Shown: piece by piece, positions 56,997 through 64,000 of the stretch
How positions within the stretch are numbered: the stretch's first letter is position 1
How the letters are laid out: each line of letters starts with the position of its first letter
Assembly (NCBI RefSeq): GCF_009914755.1
Contig: NC_060933.1
Direction: 5' to 3' (one strand)
Origin: the human T2T-CHM13v2.0 reference genome, Homo sapiens
DNA: 64,000 nt
Notes under the pieces: model-generated
Seen by the model: the letters and a program-made list of their open reading frames with translations, nothing else
The model's database searches: none
What the model was told of the DNA's origin: nothing
Position numbers and translations under genes: made by a program

Positions 56997-58086
56997 CATC
57001 ATATCATGCTTTTCCTCCCCTTTGGCTAAAGACATATGAACATTACTTTTCATAGCCGAGGCTAACCTTAATGTGTCACATGAGTTTTAATTCCATCCTC
57101 TGCCTGAGTTCCCACAAGTCTTCTTGTTTGATCACATATCCCTGCTGCTTCTTCTCACTGACTTTGTATCTCTTCAGCCTGCCTTTTATTCTCACTTGAA
57201 TGACCTTGAATACAACTTCTGGCCCTGCTAACTTCCAGAATGTGCCAGTTCCCTCTCTCTTATTCAACTTTCTAGTCTGGGTCATTATGCTTAGATTAGT
57301 CTAGTGGTTGCAGGAAGCCTGAAACACATGTAGGCACTAACCTCCACCTTTGCAATACTGAATTAAATTGATTTAAAAAAAGTGAAGGGAAACCAGTTGC
57401 TAGTGTTGATTAAAAAACAAAACAAAACAAAACAAAAACAACTCATGTAATGTGTTTTGGGCAGAAACCAAGCATGGGCTATCCAAAAAATCATAAAGGG
57501 AGGTAGATACGTTGTTACATGTAAATACCCATTTGCCATAGGCTATAATTGGACTTCGGTAAGTTCACATAACCAGTTCATGAATGATACCCTTTCCAAA
57601 GCTGAAATATTTACAGATACCCCCTCCCAAGTAATTCAAAGTAGGTACTCTTTGCTATTGGAAATCTGCTGCCTGTACTAGAAGTTGGCAATGAAAACCT
57701 TTGACCTCTTGTTGTCTATTAGCTTGTATGACCTTTGAAAAAGGAAAAATTAATGTGCCACTAAGAAAAGAAACAGCCACGTATCAATGTAAATCAAGGC
57801 CAACCAAAGTAGAAAATAAAGAAAAATATAATCCCAAATTTATAAAACAGTCTCAATATATTTGTTCCCCAGTTGGTTCCTCAATTCAGAGAATATTCCA
57901 TCAGCATTGATTTTTGTAAAATTCTATTTTAAAAGTAATATACCAATATCAATAAAGAGTTATTTTTATATTTAATAAATATTGTCCTACCACACTAAAA
58001 CAACAGCTGTGATCACTTTTACCTGAATTGATTCTCAACCAACATTATAAAAGTCTTAGTCCTAAAAAAAACTTCAGAGTTAATAC

Positions 58087-58236
58087 AATGGCACAATGTT
58101 CACTACTCAGGTGATGCTTACACCAAAAGCCCCAGATTTCACCATTTTGTCATATATTCATGTAACAAAACTGCACATAGACATCCTCAATCTATAAAAA
58201 TAAAAAAATTAAAAGAAAAAGGAAATAATAAAAAAA
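58087..58236 (+). mobile_element. L1PB4-like 3' terminus with A tail
   Basis: ACACCAAAAGCCCAGATTTCACCA...CATGTAACAAAACTGCAC...AATCTATAAAAATAAAA. Confidence 0.82.
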
Positions 58237-60002
58237 GGTGATGCAGATGAAGGCTAATCCTCATCTACAGTTCCCTAATGCATAAGCATCTGCCCATTGT
58301 CTTCTTTAATTCATAACCACACTCACCATGAAATTGGTTTCTGATTTAATAGGAAGTACACAGGAAAGTACTAGTAGATATGAATCCTGTTAATCTGTCT
58401 TCCAAGCTTGGCTGTTTCTCAACTTGTTTTATAACCTTGGGGAAATACCTTTCTCTCTCTTTCCTCAGTGATTGCTAGGAATCCTTATAACTGTAAAATA
58501 CAATGAAAATAAATCAACAAACACATACACAAACATGAATAAACCCTATGCTATCTCTACGACTGAAATACGTTAATGGGTGCATAATCATGCAGTGTAG
58601 AGCTTCAGGGGTGATGCTGAGGAAGACTGAAAGAGGCCCAGCCTAAGCAAAATATTATCTACTCAGAATTGTCTGTGGTAAGCTAACTGAGCTACATCTG
58701 CTACAACCAGCTCTGTTGTTGCATTTGTGCCCTCTAATTCAGATATGGACATAGCCCTTCCTGGGGCATAATATTCCCTTCTATCACCTCAGCGCTGTAC
58801 CTTACAGTCCCTCTCTATAGCTACTTTTAGGTGTTATTTCAACTAAAATTTATTCATGAACTTACATTTTTCATTTTGGTGCTAACAGGTTAAAAGGGCA
58901 CTGCCTGACTCCTTGGTCCAGGGAAAAACATCTTCCCCTGGAGTCTTCCAGGGATAGGGTGCTTTTCTTAGTAGTTCATATAGTTTGAATCGCTTTGTTG
59001 ATGATGTGTGGTGAAGGATGGGGGAAAGGATGAGTCTGATTCAATTACCTATATTTGGTTGAGGAAGGGAGTGGAGCTACCTCACCTCCCCGTAACCAGT
59101 CCTGGATACTGAATATTACTGCCCCACTGCTGTTCCTGAGACCAGATCCAACAGTGAAAAAACATTGTTTACAGCCAGTATTTCATCAAGACTAAGTCAC
59201 TAGGCTGATGGAATATTGCTTTTTGGAGATAAATTATGCTTTTAATTTTGTAAATGCATCTGGAGCTGCAAAGGCACACACATCTACATGTAAAATTAAG
59301 AGCAATGCCTTAGATTAGGAAGCATTCTAATTTGCATTCTGCTGAGCAGGACCAGTGGGCATGGAGTGGTCTGAATCCCTCAGTTTCTGCTGTTTAATAT
59401 TCTGCATCACAGTGACTCTGCTATTATGTTTTATTTTCCATAGACACAATAGAAGCATGCTTATTTGCTTTAAATTAAACATATATATCCTAATCAATAA
59501 TATAAAGAAACATAGCTTAAGTGCTTAAGTGCTTTTTATTCAGCAAATGTGTGCCTGGCCTAGGAAGAAGGCTTGTGAAGATATTTAAATGGCGGCAGAT
59601 TTTTCTCAAATCATGAATTTGATTTTCTTGAAGGTCCACAAACAGCAGAAGCTAAACTATCAATTTTTAAATGTGCTTTTTAATTTTTTGGTTGTTATTA
59701 AAAATAAGTTAAAATATTTTAAATGGCAAAAAACTGCCTTAGTAGGAATTGGAAATGGATAGAAGTCTATCCTCTTCCCAACAAAGCTCTCCTAATTTCT
59801 TTCTCTTTGAATGAAACTCATGAAGAAAAATCAAAATAATAGTCATACTCAACTGCACACAATAATGGTCATTAAAATCATAGTCATCAAAATAATAGTC
59901 ATAATTAACTGCATACAATAATATACTCATATATAAGTTTACTATATTTACACACATACACACATACATGCATAATATTGGTGTACATAGGGATGCACAC
60001 CT

Positions 60003-60178
60003 TCCTATGTGTGTGTAGTTTAGAGATATGTACATGTGTGTACATATGTGTGTACATGTGTACATGTGTGTATGTGTACACGTGTGCATGCATGTGTGTA
60101 CATGTGTGCGTGCATGTGCGTGTATATGTGTGTGTGTGTATGTGTGTGTACATATCTCTATACTCCACACACATAGAA
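60003..60178. repeat. 130-nt alternating purine/pyrimidine tract bracketed by a 32-bp inverted repeat
   Basis: RY alternation at 60026-60155; arms 60003-60034 and 60147-60178 are 29/32 complementary. Confidence 0.9.
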
Positions 60179-60839
60179 CCCCTCAGGCATGAAGTTACAT
60201 ATACATATTGATGAACATAAGCCATGAAACATTCCTCTTAACCCAAATGCCAAATTCAATCCAGAAAACCCATTTATGAGAATTCTAAGCCAAACTCATG
60301 CATTCTTATCATAACATTAATTACAAAGTCCTCCCTCTTTCCACTTACTCTATCACTGTTCTTTCCCCTGCAATTGATATATGCCAGTTGCTATCCAAAT
60401 TCAGGTGTGCAGGTGACTATAGTCAGGAATTCATTTTTCACTAATATGAGTGACCTATGATAAGCATCTCCAGACACTAAGTGAAATTCAGCGAAACACT
60501 GTCTCATAAACCATAAATCATTACTATGTCTATTCTTTCTCAGGACAACAAGGAGCTAATAATCTCTGTAGATTTCTAATTTCTAATTTATTTAGTTTCA
60601 AATTGAATAAAACAAAGGATAATGAAACCCTCTCTAAATGTGTTCAAGTTCTTTTAGGTGCAGATTAAAAATAATCTTGACTCTACTGGTCCACCACTCT
60701 TTGATTTTGTGTGGTTGCTGGGTTACATTGAAATTTGTGAAGATCCACATAATTGGATTTTACAGTGTCTTGAAGTAGAATAGTTCTAGGAGAAGAAATT
60801 GGAAAGTTTGTTCCTTTAATAAAAACTGACCTTATTAAT

Positions 60840-61165
60840 TCCTATCATCCATCAAGTTTATTTACTCAATGAATTCTTGTTAAAATGTCTATCCTTTGCT
60901 AGGTACCTTAGAGTTACACCATAGAGATACAATGTGGGCAAGAATACTCATGGTTTCCATCCTTATATTGCATACTGTCTAGAGTAGAAAAAGAAATGAA
61001 TGAAATAAATAAACACAGAAATACATGTAAAGCTACAATAGGAAAAACCTTTTTTTGAAAGAAATAGCTCAAAGGAATTTAACTAATTTGAGGTTTTAAA
61101 ATAATTTTCCTTGGAGCAGTGACATTTGAACTAAAATCTGAAGAATAAGTAATGTATGAGGTGAT
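60840..61165 (-). mobile_element. L2 remnant
   Basis: TTTACTCAATGAATTCTTGTTAAAATGTCTA...GTGACATTTGAACTAAAATCTGAAG. Confidence 0.7.
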
Positions 61166-61234
61166 CTGAAAATAGCAAATACAGAAGTTTGCTCGGGCAG
61201 ATTTACTCTACTAGATATTATATTAATATTTATA

Positions 61235-61370
61235 TTATACTTACATAATGTGTTTCCCTCCAGAATGTAGCCTTTCTAGGATCAGGGACTGTGTTTCGTT
61301 TCCTGTTTACCTCCAGCACAGTCTGTCCTTGTGTATATTGGATGCTCAATAATAATTGTTTTAACCCTGA
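61235..61370 (+). mobile_element. L2 3' terminus
   Basis: CCAGAATGTAGC...CAGGGACTGTGTTT...ATGCTCAATAATAATTGTT. Confidence 0.7.
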
Positions 61371-61952
61371 ATTCTTGCTTAATACTTACAAGAGCCCTAC
61401 AAGGCTAGTCCTATCATAATCTCTCTTATTAATGAAAATGTTAAGGCCAGGGTCGGTATGTGACTCTCTCAAAGTCAACAGGATTCACACAGATACAATT
61501 GACTCTTAAATACTCTGCCTTCCTGTCTCTGAACTGACACCATTATAATCTTAATGGGATATCACATGGAAAAACAGCAGACATTCCCAGCAGTAGAGAA
61601 ATGGTCAATCAAGCAAATTGTGTTGTAATGTTATATGATATGATATCATATAGTAATAAAATACAATTGAATATGTTATTAACATAATCTCCAATGGACA
61701 TTGCATATATAGACTTGCTATATAAAATAATGTGTTCTTAAAAATATATGAAAAATATATGTTAATGCTTCTTACATGCATAGGCCCTGGTAGATATAAT
61801 GGGGTACACAAAAATCATTCTGATGTGTATCTTATCTTCAGATTTCTTATAATCCGCTTATAATCACAGTATCGAATGTGAAAATATTTTCCTCCCTTTA
61901 TTTTCTACTAGTGGCAGAACTTCAGGTAAGTGAATAAATATCTAACACTTAG

Positions 61953-62708
61953 ATTTTTTAATTTAATTTTATTTTTAATTGACATAATATTTATAGATTT
62001 TTATAGGCTATAGTGTGATGTTTTTATACCTGTACACATTGTGTAATGATTGAATCAAGGCATTTAGTTTATCCATCATCTCAAACATTTATCATTTTTT
62101 TGTAATGAGAATGTTCAGAACCTTCTCTTCTAATTATATTGATGTATACATGTAATATTTTTTAACTATAGTCATTCTATCTTATTATACTTCCTACCTG
62201 TAACTGTACATTTTGCCCCATCTCTTCCCATATCCTCCTTCCCTTTACCCTCCTCAGCCTCTTGTAACCACTATTCTATTCTGTACATCCATGAAATAAG
62301 TTTTCTTAAATTCTGAAAGTGAGTGAAATCATGTGATATTTATCTTTTTGTGCCTGGATTATTTTATTTAATATGATGTCCTCCAGATTTATCCTTGTTG
62401 CCAATGCCACAAGTGACAGGATTTCATCTTTATTTTATGACCAAATAGGATTCCATTGTGTATATATACGACATTTTCTTTGTCCATTCATCTGTTGATG
62501 GACACTTAGGTTGATTCCATATCTCGGCTATTGTGAATAGTGCTTCAATAAACATGACAGTTCAGATATCTCTTAGCCATACTGATTTCATTTCTTTTGG
62601 ATAAGTGAGATTACTGGATTATATGGTAGTTCTATCTTTAATTTTCTGGAAACCTCCATTTTGCTTTACATAATGGCTGTAGTAATTTACATTCCCACCA
62701 ACAGCATA
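61953..62708 (-). mobile_element. L1MA-type 3' region interrupted by Tigger1
   Basis: TTTTTAATTGACATAAT...TCCATTCATCTGTTGATGGACACTTAGGTTGATTCCATATCT...TTTACATTCCCACCAACAG. Confidence 0.9.
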
Positions 62709-64000
62709 CAGGCATGCCTTGTTTTATTGTGCTTCACCTTATTGTTCTCCACGGATATTGCATTTTTCAAAAATTTAAGGTTGATGACAATCTTGTGTCA
62801 AGCAAGTCTATCCATGCCATTTTTCAAAAGTATGTGCTCACTTCGTGCCATTATGTCACACTTTGGTAATTGTCACAATATTTCAAATTGTTAAATTATC
62901 ATCATATCTGTTATAATATTATATCTGTTATGACATTATGACATGATTTTGTCATTACTAAATAATTATTATTATGTCATTATTATGACATTATTACAGA
63001 CATGTATTCAGTGATCTTTGATATTACCATTGTAATTGTTTTTAGGACACCATGAACCACACCCATATAAGATGACAAACTTAATGGATAAATTTTGTGT
63101 GTATTCTGACTGCTCCAGTGACCAGTTGTTCTTTTATCTCTCTTCTTCTATTCAGGTCTCCCTATTCTCTGAGACACAAGAATATTGAAATTAGGCCAAT
63201 TAATAACCCTACAATGGCCTCTAAGTGTTCAAATGAAAACAAAGTTGCATGTCTCTGACTTTAAATAAAAAGCTAGAAATGATTAAGCTTAGTAAAGGGA
63301 CATGTCAAAAGCTGAGATAGGCCAAAAGCTAGTCTCTTGCATCAAACAGACAAGTTGTAAATGCAAAGGAAAGGTTCTTGAAGGTAGTTAAAATTGCTAC
63401 TTCAGGGAACACATGAATGATAAGGAAGTGAAACAATATTATTGCTGATATGAAGAAAGTTTTAGTGGTCTACTTAGATTAAACCAGCCACAATATTTCC
63501 TTAAGTCAAAACCTAATCCAGGGCAAGTCCCTAACTCTCTTTAATTCTATGAAGGCTGAGAAAGGTAAGGAAGCTGCAAAAGAAAAGTCTGAAGCTAGCA
63601 GGAATTGTTTCATTAAGTTTAAGAGAAGTCCTCTCCATGACATAAAAGTGCAAGGTGAAGCAGAAAGAGTTAATGTAGAACCTGCAGCGAGTTACCCAGA
63701 AGACCTAGCTGCTAAGATAATTCAAGAAGTTGGCTACCCTAAATAACAGATTTTCATTAAAGACAAAATAGCCTTATACTGAAAAATATTCCATCTAGGA
63801 CTTTCTTAGCTAGAAAGTAGAAGTCAATGCCTGGCTTCAAAGTTTCAAAGGACAGGCTGACTCTTGTTAGGAGGTAATGTAGTTGATGACTTTAGGTTGA
63901 AGCCAGTGTGCATTAACCATTCCAAAACTACTAGTGCCTTAAGAATTATACTGAATCTTCTTTGCTTGTGTTCTATAAATGGAACAATGAAGCATGGATC
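62709..64000 (+). mobile_element. Tigger1 (TcMar/pogo) DNA transposon, 5' part, continuing beyond the window
   Basis: TA target followed by TIR CAGGCATGCCTTGTTTTATTG; subterminal sequence and transposase start ACAATGGCCTCTAAGTGTTC at 63214. Confidence 0.95.
63214..64000 (+). pseudogene. Decayed Tigger1 transposase (CENP-B-like HTH region)
   Basis: ORF 63549-63746 [18 protein letters not shown]...IKVQGEA...AASYPEDLA is Tigger1/TIGD1-like. Frameshifts and stops on both sides. Confidence 0.88.

Noticed and set aside
59830-59905. Spaced AAAATAATAGTCAT repeats, superficially array-like
   Set aside because: Three or four degenerate 14-15-mers with irregular or no spacers in a eukaryotic context. 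This is a decayed minisatellite, not CRISPR.
59739-60225. His/Thr- and Cys/Val-rich ORFs (likewise at 5994-6253 and 36146-36461)
   Set aside because: They are translations of CA/TG/TA microsatellites.
63549-63746. Domesticated TIGD1-like gene
   Set aside because: The frame is broken on both sides, and it sits within a TIR-bounded Tigger1 inserted in an L1.

Overview
This is primate (very probably human) genomic DNA: AT-rich, CpG-depleted and dominated by decayed transposable elements, typical of a long intron or gene desert. I found no intact protein-coding gene, CpG island, rRNA, full tRNA or CRISPR array. The supplied ORFs are fragments of L1 ORF1/ORF2, Alu, MaLR or Tigger1, or are simple-repeat read-throughs. 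Main contents: a near-full-length L1MA-type element (1-6393) carrying two Alus; an L1PA13-16-type element with an internal inversion (8471-13020); about 12 Alus; a short L1PA7-type insertion with an unusually long 49-bp flanking duplication; two complete LTR-internal-LTR MaLR elements (MLT1-type at 44444-47027, THE1-type at 49830-52092); many solo LTRs, L2, MIR and hAT MITEs; and a Tigger1 running off the right edge. I see no evidence for a new multi-gene biological system. The best leads are structural (L1 inversion, long TSD, mismatched THE1 LTRs, template-switch hairpins, a tRNA-Ala-like fragment) and a few candidate splice units, including a possible recursive splice site. Subfamily names come from my recollection of consensus sequences and need RepeatMasker/Dfam confirmation. 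Boundaries of old elements are approximate.
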